Shown: piece after piece, positions 30,611 to 38,942 of the stretch
Numbering within the stretch: position 1 is the stretch's first letter
How the letters are laid out: the number at the start of each line of letters is the position of its first letter
Assembly: GCA_965238075.1 (NCBI GenBank)
Contig: OZ250173.1
Coordinates: forward strand, 416,001 to 480,000
From: Candidatus Entotheonellaceae bacterium
GTDB taxonomy: Bacteria; Tectomicrobia; Entotheonellia; Entotheonellales; Entotheonellaceae
Direction of reading: 5' to 3'
DNA length: 64,000 bases
Position numbers and translations under genes: made by a program
Notes under the pieces: model-generated
The model's database searches: none
Told to the model about the DNA's origin: nothing
The model's input: only the letters and a program-made list of their open reading frames with translations

Positions 30611-30679
30611 ATGGTCGCCTATATCGTGTGCTACAGGCGGCAAGGCTTAAGTGGCTCTTCTGCATCCTCCACTCAACTT

Positions 30680-33184
30680 GTAGAGTCGGCAACTGGCGCG
30701 GTAGCGGTAGGCGGATGGGGGTAGCTGTTCCCGGCGGCTTTCGCTATGCCGGTGCCTCACTCCATGCCATAACCCCGTTTCCAGTCGCCGCTCATCGAAC
30801 CGGACGTGCAGATCTCCCGCATCCGGCTCTCGGACGAGATCATGCCTTCGCCCACGGAAGGCTTGCCGCTCGCGATCTAAGGCGCGTGAGACCGTACTCC
30901 TGCCACAGTCGCTTGTCCGGGAAGCGTTTGCACTACGGCCCGGTGACACATAGTTCCCTGGCCGCACCTTGTGCTTACGACAGAGCCACCGGCGCAGCCG
31001 CCGTTTGGCATGCCGATCAATCGCCTTGTAAGCTGGGCCGATCTGCCCCAGGATGAAGTAGTTCGCCCATCCGGTCAGAAGCCGGTTCAGGCGCTCCACC
31101 ACAACCTCTGGCGACAGCAGCTCGTTACACGGCATCGTCAACTTGCTCACACGACGGCAGATGCTCCGGACGCTCGCCGCACTCGGGCGGGTGCCAATGT
31201 AGGCACGGCCCGTATCCCGACGGTAGTTGCGTCCAATCCGGTAGCCGAGGAACTCAATCGCCTCCTCCGGCACCCGGCAGCAACGGGTCTTCTCAACATT
31301 GATCGCCAACTTCAGACACTTCATCAGAACTTCGACCGCCGCCAGTATCTCTGCCGCCGGCGCTTTGCCGAGCACCACGAAGTCATCCGCATAGTTGACG
31401 ATCTCTGCCTTGAAGCGCCGGGCATAGCCCAGCACCTTCCAGCCCACGATGAAACGACGCATGTAGATGTTGCTGAGAAGCGGCGAGATCGGTGCCCCTT
31501 GCGGGGTCCCTCTCCGCTCGCACCGCGCCCGATTTGTGCGGCGGCGGCTACCGATGACCGTCGTCCTCCACAACCGCCATCTCCAGCCACGCCTTGATCC
31601 AACCCAACAGTCGCCCGTCACTCACGCGGCGGGCGATGGACCGCATCAACTCCGTGCGGCGCGGCGCGGAATCTGGCCGAAGTAGTCCGACAGGTCGGCA
31701 TCCACCACCTCCCGGTGGCCTGCGTTCAGCAGCCGGTGCACACGCCTGACTGCATCGTGCGCGTTCCGGCCCGACCGGTAGGCATACTGCTCCGGTTGCA
31801 AATCGGTGCCCCTTCGGGGTCCCTCTCCGCTCGACCGCGCCCGATTTGTGCGGCGGCGGCTACCGTGACCGTCGTCCTCCACAACCGCCATCTCCAGCCA
31901 CGCCTTGATCCAACCCAACAGTCGCCCGTCACTCACGCGGCGGGCGATGGACCGCATCACCTCCGCGTCCTGGCGAAGTAGTCCGACAGGTCGGCATCCA
32001 CCACCTCCCGGTGGCCTGCGTTCAGCAGCCGGTGCACACGGACTGCATCGTGCGCGTTCCGGCCCGACCGGTAGGCATACTGCTCCGGTTGCTTCGGCCT
32101 CGAAGATCGGCGACAACACCAACATCGTCTGCGACCCCGGTCCCGCAGACGGGATGCCCAACGGCCGGAATTTACCTTCGCGATGAGAACCTGCCGCGCT
32201 CTCGGTCGGTAGGTCCCCGCCTTCAGGTCTCGCGCCAGTACTCCCAGCCATCGATCCACCCCGAACGCCTCGATGTCCGCCACCGTCTCGCCGTCAACAC
32301 CAGCAGCGCCGCCGTTGCGACGGACTACCTGCCAGGCGACCGCAAGCACGTCTTCGCGCCACACCTTGTCGCTCAGAGAGTAAAACCGCAGGCTCGGAGC
32401 TTCCTTCGCTTTCGCATGTAGCGCCGTCTGGAATCGCTGAACTTTCGCTGAGGCTGTTAGGTTCTCACCAGTCCCCACAACCGCCATCTCACCTTCCTCG
32501 CCCGTCACTCACGCGGCGGGCATACTCCGCGTGCGGAATCTGGCCGCTGCCGGTCTCGAACATCGCCGCCGTCTGCGCCACCCCGGTCCCCAGACACGGG
32601 ATGCCCAACGGCCCCTTCCCGTCTCGCCGTCAACACCAGCAGCGCCGCCGTTGCGACGGACTACCTGCCAGGCGACCGCAAGCACGTCTTCGCGCCACAC
32701 CTTGTCGCTCAGAGAGTAAAACCGCAGGCTCGGAGCTTCCTTCCGGCATTACCCGACTTCACCGGTACTACGAGCCTCTCCGCCACCCTGCCGGCCCGAC
32801 TCGGCCCTCACGGGCTGTCGGTTGGCGCGTGCCACGCCACCAGCCAGGGCTTCCCGTGTTGTGTCCATTCCCCTGTTCCATGCGTGCTGCCGGCCAATAC
32901 CCCGGCGGAACCCGTCGGTGCTTGCGTCGCTCGCTTCCCGACGGGTAGCAGCCTTCCCCGTTATCAGGGCGGGTCGGCTTCCGCATTATGGCTTTCGAGG
33001 CCTGCTCGGCGTTCACTCACGTTACGGCCCGCATGGTCGCTAAGCCGCCCTGGGCGGCCCGTTCCACCGGAGTGCTTCAGACGATATCGTTACCTCCATC
33101 ATCCGCTCCGACTGCTACCGGCTGGAGCGACAGTTGCCGGACGGGATTCGCACCCGCTGAAGAATGGCGCCTTTCACGGCGCAC
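30680..33184 (-). mobile_element. group II intron (IIB-like, AGC triad) inserted in dif-like site 2
   Basis: 5' end GTGCGCCGTGAAAGGCG at 33184; domain V GAGCCGGATGCGGGAGATCTGCACGTCCGGTTC at 30829-30797; 3' end ...CCGACTCTAC at 30680; internal RT/maturase. Confidence 0.9.
30840..32468 (-). pseudogene. ltrA: intron-encoded reverse transcriptase/maturase, frameshifted and internally duplicated
   Basis: Fragments across frames: [76 protein letters not shown], ending SLPWAKA*; no endonuclease domain seen. Confidence 0.85.
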
Positions 33185-33208
33185 CCGATAAGCCCTTATA
33201 TGTCGCCT
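33185..33208 (+). other. dif-like site 2, right portion (left 4 nt ACTT at 30676-30679)
   Basis: Joining the intron flanks gives ACTTCCGATAA-GCCCTT-ATATGTCGCCT. Confidence 0.7.
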
Positions 33209-33244
33209 TCGGATGCGTTCCGGAGGCGTGGCTGGCAATTTCCG

Positions 33245-33568
33245 TTATTCACCCGCAGCCCTTTTTAACGCTTTCCAAATACGCCTTCCGACCGTCCAGA
33301 CAAACCACACAAGGAAGACACCGACTCCGAGCCCCCCGACGATGACCAGAACGTCAAGCAGATCATTCCGAAAGGCGGCTTGCCATCCAGCCTTGCGTAT
33401 CAGTTCTTCCACTGCCGCGTCGAGCTCTTACTCGGTCATGGGTTGTCTTTGTCCCCATTTCCATATCGTCCAGCCAGCCCACCCGAGAAAGCCAACGCCA
33501 CCGAGCGTCAAGAAGATGAACAGGTCGGAAAATGAAAAGGGCAAATTCCCCCTTGACCCTCGTTTCAT
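33245..33568 (-). pseudogene. small membrane protein interrupted by an in-frame TAA (33428-33430)
   Basis: GGAGAGG RBS; MKRGSRGNLPFSFSDLFIFLTLGGVGFLGWAGWTIWKWGQRQPMTE*ELDAAVEELIRKAGWQAAFRNDLLDVLVIVGGLGVGVFLVWFVWTVGRRIWKALKRAAGE*. Confidence 0.5.
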
Positions 33569-33649
33569 GATCTGTTCCTCTCCCCTTGCCTTACAGGGTG
33601 CCGTATGTCGCCCGTGCCTACTCTGTCACGTTTAGGAGACTTTGGAGAG

Positions 33650-34054
33650 ATGATTGAAGACCCGAACCTTACACGTCAGATACTTGAGTACTTTGCCCAA
33701 GAGGATGTGACGTTCCCCGCCAACAAAATGGTGGAGGACGACCTCACAGAAGCATTCCCCAATGATGAACTCTCTCGCCTCGAATACCATGTGATGTGTG
33801 CCAAAGAAAACGGGCTTCTCATAGTAGACATCCGGGAAAACCCAATGATGGACGGTACGGTGTTCGTCTTCGGTTTCATCTCAGGGCTTACAGCCAAAGG
33901 CAGCGAATATGTCCGCGGGTCTCGTAGCAAGTACTGGGCCGAGGCATGGAAACAGATCAAGAGCAAAGGAATGGAGGTTACAACGAAGCTCTTGATCGAA
34001 GTAATGTTTAAGCTGATGTCGTCATCCCTGTCAGCCGCGCCCAACTTCGCATAA
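33650..34054 (+). CDS. DUF2513-like winged-helix protein (cassette 2 cargo)
   Basis: MIEDPNLTRQILEY..LEYHV....ENGLL..ISGLTAKGSEYV....W..AW..IK pattern; GGAGAG RBS; stop codon lies inside the XerC arm of site 3. Confidence 0.65.
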   Translation: MIEDPNLTRQILEYFAQEDVTFPANKMVEDDLTEAFPNDELSRLEYHVMCAKENGLLIVDIRENPMMDGTVFVFGFISGLTAKGSEYVRGSRSKYWAEAWKQIKSKGMEVTTKLLIEVMFKLMSSSLSAAPNFA

Positions 34055-34072
34055 GGCCCCAATATGTAAACT
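34044..34072 (+). other. XerC/XerD dif-like site 3
   Basis: ACTTCGCATAA-GGCCCCA-ATATGTAAACT (7-nt centre); right arm 10/11 identical to the B. subtilis-type TTATGTAAACT. Confidence 0.7.
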
Positions 34073-34300
34073 TTGCCATTGGCTGAAACCCGCATAAACA
34101 TTGGCCGAACCGCAAACGGCCCGGGATCGAGCTTATGCGCCCCACCGGAAGGAAGCATTCCCGGGAATTAAGGCAGGCATGGTGGGACGCGGAATTGGAT
34201 TTAGGAGCGTTTTGGCGGCCTGGGTGGGACACCGACACACAGTCCACAGCATTGCTCCGATACGCCTCGACAAAGAAAACCCTGCGCCGGATCAATCGGT

Positions 34301-35176
34301 TCAGATCGACGGGTAAAACTCGGGGCGAATGTACACAACACCTTTGCCCCAGTCGTAGGTCTTGACACCAACAGGCGGTTGGCTGCCAGGGCCGCAGAAG
34401 GTTTCGAGTTCGCGCTCGGTAACCAGCGGCCAGCGGTCGATAAGCTCGGCGGGGGTGGGGTCGGGACGCGGCGCGGCGGTCGAGCCGGGCACGGCATGCT
34501 CCATGGCTTTGATGTAATCCTCGAAGTCACACCAGCCGGGGACGGTGTGCTCACCGCCGGGACCGCGAAACAGCAGGGTCGGGAAGGCGTAGCGGTCGAG
34601 GCCGTCAGTCTGCTTCAGGTTGCCGATACCGGGCCAGTCGCCTTCAAGGTGCCGGACGTAATCGTTGGGACGGCGGGTTTCCTCACAATCCCGGCGATAG
34701 GCGTCGCGGGCTTCCTGGCCGGCGAGGTCGCGGGCGAAACGCTCGCGGTCAAGCCCTGGGGTGTCGCGGACGGCGTCGATGACGCGCTCGGGAGTGTCAG
34801 GCGGGCAGCCGAAGACAAACACCGCTTCCCGCATGCGGCGCAGGGCGTCACGCGCGATGGCTTCTCCCTGCAGGCGGGCGGCGCAAAATCCGATGCCGGC
34901 AGCCTCGCTGCCGCCGGGCGTCCAGCTGAGCGATACCGGGTATGGGCTGCCGGTATGACCAGCCACCACGGACCAGTATTCCGACAACCGAGGCGCACGG
35001 CCGACCGGATCCCAATTCGGCTTCTTGGTCAAATCGGCCACCAGGCCGCCCATCACCAGCCGCCAGTCGCAGCGGTCCTCGTAGCGCCAGCGCAGCAGCC
35101 GCAGTTTCGGTTCCGATCCCCAGGCCCACGAACACATCACGTCGGTGTACTCAACGACCTCCAAGCGCTGCCCCAT
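34301..35176 (-). CDS. DsbA/YjbH-like thioredoxin-fold protein
   Basis: YTDVMCSWAWGSEP, VMGGL, LRRMREA, FPTL cis-Pro loop; AGGAG RBS. Confidence 0.75.
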   Translation of the reverse strand: MGQRLEVVEYTDVMCSWAWGSEPKLRLLRWRYEDRCDWRLVMGGLVADLTKKPNWDPVGRAPRLSEYWSVVAGHTGSPYPVSLSWTPGGSEAAGIGFCAARLQGEAIARDALRRMREAVFVFGCPPDTPERVIDAVRDTPGLDRERFARDLAGQEARDAYRRDCEETRRPNDYVRHLEGDWPGIGNLKQTDGLDRYAFPTLLFRGPGGEHTVPGWCDFEDYIKAMEHAVPGSTAAPRPDPTPAELIDRWPLVTERELETFCGPGSQPPVGVKTYDWGKGVVYIRPEFYPSI

Positions 35177-35468
35177 TTCGGCTCTCCTCGCATCCATCGT
35201 CATCGCCGGTCCCGGTCTCCGAGCGGAGACTGTTTCATCGTGTGGCTCGCAGTGTAACGACGGTTTTGGCGCATGTCTATTTCTCGACCGACGCGCAAGT
35301 GCCCCGTTTTGGATTGACCCCTCTCCCCAGCCCCTTCCTCGCGGATGGGGGAGAAGACCGCAACGCGGGCAGTTTTACAAGCAGTCGCGTTGTATGCTAT
35401 GAACCCTGCGAACGGTTCCTGTTGTGGTTTATATCCTTCCCAATCCTGATGCGACTTTAGGAGATGCC

Positions 35469-36044
35469 ATGCCCCGTGTTACCCCAGTCCAACCCGAAGC
35501 CATGTCAGATGAACAGCGGGCGCTCTACGAGGCGATTTTGGGCGGCAAGCGCGGCCCCGGCATGCGCGGCGAGGACGGCGCCCTGATCGGACCGTTCAAC
35601 GCCATGCTGCTCAACCCGCACGTCGGCGACCGCGTGCAGCGGTTGGGCGAAGCGCTGCGGTTCGACATTTCGCTGTCGCGCAACGTCATTGAAGTGGCCA
35701 CGCTAGTGGTCGGCAGCCACTGGCGGGCGCAATTCGAGTGGTGGGCGCACGAGCGGCTGGCCAAACAGGCTGGCGTGTCGGAAGCGGTCATCGCGGCGAT
35801 CAAGCGCGGCGACTGCCCCGATTTCAGCAACGATGACGAAGCCGCAGCCTATGACGCGGCCAGCGAGCTGTACCGGACACAGCGGCTGACGGATGCGACG
35901 TACGCCAATGCCGTACAGCGCTTCGGCGAGGCAGGGGTGTTCGAGTTGATCGCCCTGGTGGGCTACTACAGCCTGATCTCCCTGCTTCTGAACGGCTTTG
36001 ACGTCCCCTTGCCGGCGGGCCAGACGACGCCGTTTAACGACTGA
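35469..36044 (+). CDS. carboxymuconolactone decarboxylase/AhpD-like protein
   Basis: GPFNAMLLNP, EVATLVV..HW.AQFEWWAHE, ELIALVGYY. Confidence 0.85.
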   Translation: MPRVTPVQPEAMSDEQRALYEAILGGKRGPGMRGEDGALIGPFNAMLLNPHVGDRVQRLGEALRFDISLSRNVIEVATLVVGSHWRAQFEWWAHERLAKQAGVSEAVIAAIKRGDCPDFSNDDEAAAYDAASELYRTQRLTDATYANAVQRFGEAGVFELIALVGYYSLISLLLNGFDVPLPAGQTTPFND

Positions 36045-36070
36045 GCATCGGGCCGCAAGGCCAGGGAGGA

Positions 36071-37210
36071 ATGCGTATGGTGCTGGGCATTTCGGAGCAG
36101 TCCAAGAGCAGCGAAATCCACCTGATGCGGGCAACCCTGCATTACGACAACGGACGGCAGCGCGGCACCCCGGCCCTGGACAACGCCAGCCTGTGGATTC
36201 GCCGCGGGGAGACGGTGAGCGTGGTCGGTCCGACGGGTTGCGGCAAGTCGTCGCTGCTGCGTGTGGTCGCCGGACTCGAAAGGCCGGAAAACGGGGAGTT
36301 GACCTTTGACGGTGAAGACGTCAGCGCTTTCTCTCCTTCCCAGCGCTCCATCGGCCTGGTGTTTCAGACTTACGCCCTCTATCCGCATTTCAAGGTGCAC
36401 GGCAACATCGCCTTCTACTTCCGCCTGCGCCGCTGGAAGCCAGACGCCATCGACGTCAGGGTAATGGAGACGTCACGCATCATGGGAATCGGCTTTGAGA
36501 AACTCTTGGGCCGCATGCCGCGCAGTTTGTCCGGCGGCGAGAAGCAGCGCGTCGCTCTGGCGCGTTGCCTGAGTCACAGCCCCCGGGTACTACTGCTGGA
36601 CGAGCCGTTCTCGAACCTGGATGCGGCGTTGCGCCTGCAAACCCGCAGCGAGGTCAAGAAGCTGATCGACCAATTTGGCCTGACCACCATTTTCGTCACG
36701 CACGATCAGGGCGAGGCCGTGTCCATGGGCCACCGGCTGGCGGTCATGCGGCAGGGACGCATCGAGCAAGTAGGCACCTATCACGAGCTGTATCACGAAC
36801 CCGCCAACATGTTCGTTGCCGGCTTTCTGGGCAGTCCGCCCATGAGTTTCTTTCCCGCCCAGCGCTGGGGCGAGACTCTGACCTGTGACGTTGGCGGCAC
36901 CCTTCTTTCCGTGCCGCTCGCTTCCGGCCATCTCCACCGGCTGCCGGACGGCGCCCGCGTCTCCCTTGGCTGGCGCCCCGAACACCTGCGCCCTGCCGAC
37001 GCCGACGCATCCCCTGCCCTCCCCTGCATCGTCGACGCGGTGGACATCTCGCTCTCCGACGCTACCCAGCTTCTCCACCTGGTGCACGGCAACCGCACGT
37101 TCTGCGCCAAGACCGACCTGCAGAAACCGGTGCGCAAGGGCGAGACCCTGGGGCTGCACTTCGCGCCGCAGCACGCCTATTTCTTCGATCAGAACGAGAA
37201 CCGGCTGTAG
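36071..37210 (+). CDS. MalK-type ABC transporter ATP-binding protein
   Basis: GPTGCGKS, VFQTYALYPH, LSGGEKQR, LLDEP, VTHDQ, FLGSPPM, TOBE domain. Confidence 0.9.
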   Translation: MRMVLGISEQSKSSEIHLMRATLHYDNGRQRGTPALDNASLWIRRGETVSVVGPTGCGKSSLLRVVAGLERPENGELTFDGEDVSAFSPSQRSIGLVFQTYALYPHFKVHGNIAFYFRLRRWKPDAIDVRVMETSRIMGIGFEKLLGRMPRSLSGGEKQRVALARCLSHSPRVLLLDEPFSNLDAALRLQTRSEVKKLIDQFGLTTIFVTHDQGEAVSMGHRLAVMRQGRIEQVGTYHELYHEPANMFVAGFLGSPPMSFFPAQRWGETLTCDVGGTLLSVPLASGHLHRLPDGARVSLGWRPEHLRPADADASPALPCIVDAVDISLSDATQLLHLVHGNRTFCAKTDLQKPVRKGETLGLHFAPQHAYFFDQNENRL

Positions 37211-37217
37211 GGACGAG

Positions 37218-37667
37218 CTAACTGGAGAAGGCGGTCGGTACCTGAATGGCGCCGTTGAAGAAGAGCTGGAAGGTCTGGCCGTAGCGGGCGAACAGGTCGC
37301 GGTTGAGGAAGTCGGGGGCGTCGATGTAGATGGGATCGTCGGGCAGGGCCAGATAGTTCAGGGTGTGTTGCAAATCCGGGCCTTTGTTCTCCTGGATGTT
37401 GCGGATCATCTCCTCCCAGGTGCCGAGCGTGGCCCGCATGGTAAAGTCAATCTCCGGCTGGGCGTCAGGCTCGCATGCCTCCACCGACTTGCAGCCATAC
37501 TCCTCAAATGCGAAAACGAGCAGTTGCGCCGTCTGGTCAGGCTCAGTGGGTTGGATTTCGACGGCCCAACGGACATCCGCGTATCCCAAACGTCTGTACG
37601 GCACGTCGTTTTCGTTCATCAGCCGTGCCAATTCCTGAAACCACTCGAGCGATGGGAACGTGAACAT
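37218..37667 (-). CDS. hypothetical protein, SCP2-like fold possible
   Basis: GGAGG RBS; FPSLEWFQEL..MN, IDFTMRATLGTWEEMIRNI; directly downstream of the ferritin-like gene. Confidence 0.65.
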   Translation of the reverse strand: MFTFPSLEWFQELARLMNENDVPYRRLGYADVRWAVEIQPTEPDQTAQLLVFAFEEYGCKSVEACEPDAQPEIDFTMRATLGTWEEMIRNIQENKGPDLQHTLNYLALPDDPIYIDAPDFLNRDLFARYGQTFQLFFNGAIQVPTAFSS

Positions 37668-37735
37668 CCTGCCTCCAAAAGACGCGAGGCAGGGGTCGAA
37701 ACCCCTGCCTCTTGACCTGCCGTTTGAAATCCTGA

Positions 37736-38803
37736 CTACAGTAGCGTGATGTCCTGGGCTTCCTTGAGGAGACAACGATCCTGCCGGTCGATGCCGATGG
37801 AATGGCAGCGTTGCAGATACTCCTGGACCATCTTCTTGCGGATGAAGGCGAATTTCTCCTTGCCCTTGTCCATGTGCTCGACACCGCCGCCGAGGAGGAT
37901 CAGGAGGGGCTCGACCTGCTCGGGGGTGGCGCCCAACTCCATGGTCCGCTGTTCGGCAACGTCCAGCGCCTCCTGAATTTCCTCGATGCGATCCGGGTCT
38001 TCCTGGATGAGGTAGCGCAACTGCAGGCAGCCGAAGGCAAGGTGGCGGGATTCGTCCTGAGCGCAGAGGCGGAAGATCGTCTTTTCCACCTCGTTTTGCG
38101 CAATGAGCTCACCGAGTCGGAAAAGGGTGAGGACGCGGCCCTCGCCGAAGAGATTCATACGGGCCAGCATTTGCGGGAAGGAACGCAAGTCATGGATGTA
38201 CTTGAGACCCTCTTCGACTTCCGGCGGGCATTTGCTCAAGCCGCCGCCATTGGCCAGGGCGCGTTTGCGGAACACCTCGAGATGACGCGCCTCGTCCATG
38301 ATCTGGGTGGCCATGAACAGCTTGGTTTCGTGGTACGCGTTGTTGACCTTGCTCAGCCACCAACCGGGTACGTCGCCGGCAACGAACTCCACCTCGGTGA
38401 GGAAGGTGCAGAGCTGCGACATGGCGTGTTCCATGTCCTTGGGGAGCGGCTCGAGGGTGTGCCACGGGATGTCGCGGGTGGAACTCCACTGTCGCGCCAC
38501 CGCCTCCTCATAGAGGCCGCCCATGTTCTGCGCCCAGGCTTCGGCGTCGGTGTTGAGCTCGTAGCCCATGTCCGGCAGTTCCGCGGGATCGAAATCGGCG
38601 CCGCGAGGGGCAAAGCTGAGAGAATCGCTGGCATTCTTGGGAATGACGCCGTATGAGCCGACATTGATGTCGTCAAGGGTCAGCCCGCGCTTGCCGGGTG
38701 TCGCTCTGACGCCCCATTCCGAGTTGACCTCCATCCATCCCAGGTCGTACTCGCCATTTTGCAACTTCTCTCGGTAAGCCTGAGAGCGCTCGCTGTACGC
38801 CAT
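37736..38803 (-). CDS. ferritin-like diiron-carboxylate protein
   Basis: LCTFLTEVE, DEARH, GEG and DESRH give two ExxH motifs plus helix Glu ligands. Confidence 0.8.
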   Translation of the reverse strand: MAYSERSQAYREKLQNGEYDLGWMEVNSEWGVRATPGKRGLTLDDINVGSYGVIPKNASDSLSFAPRGADFDPAELPDMGYELNTDAEAWAQNMGGLYEEAVARQWSSTRDIPWHTLEPLPKDMEHAMSQLCTFLTEVEFVAGDVPGWWLSKVNNAYHETKLFMATQIMDEARHLEVFRKRALANGGGLSKCPPEVEEGLKYIHDLRSFPQMLARMNLFGEGRVLTLFRLGELIAQNEVEKTIFRLCAQDESRHLAFGCLQLRYLIQEDPDRIEEIQEALDVAEQRTMELGATPEQVEPLLILLGGGVEHMDKGKEKFAFIRKKMVQEYLQRCHSIGIDRQDRCLLKEAQDITLL

Positions 38804-38942
38804 ATCCACCTCCCATTAAGCAGTCTGAGCATTTGACCGTTCGACGGGAAACATCCTATTCCCGCCCTCTTCGCAGGATTTTAAAAAATGGCCACGGCTT
38901 GGTATCAGAGAACCGTGCGAAAAGCAAACTGTTTTTTTCACA

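Noticed and set aside
30600-30627. Possible inverted (D|C) dif site at the protease stop (..CTACATAA-ATGGTC-GCCTATATCGT)
   Set aside because: Only ACATAA matches; the second arm does not resemble TTATCCGAAGT.
30647-32508. Retron, DGR or defence-RT interpretation of the RT
   Set aside because: Domain V, GUGCG/AC ends and a maturase X domain identify a group II intron; the duplications lack adenine-specific TR/VR variation.
33586-33613. GTATGTCGCCC resembling the site 2 XerD arm
   Set aside because: No credible XerC arm 6 nt upstream.
29779-34072. Integron/attC array interpretation
   Set aside because: No intI and no RYYYAAC...GTTRRRY hairpins at the cassette borders; the repeats fit the Xer 11-6-11 layout instead.
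35316-35360. CCCTCTCCCC...GGGGGAGAAG imperfect palindrome
   Set aside because: Possibly a degenerate REP, but single and too imperfect to call.
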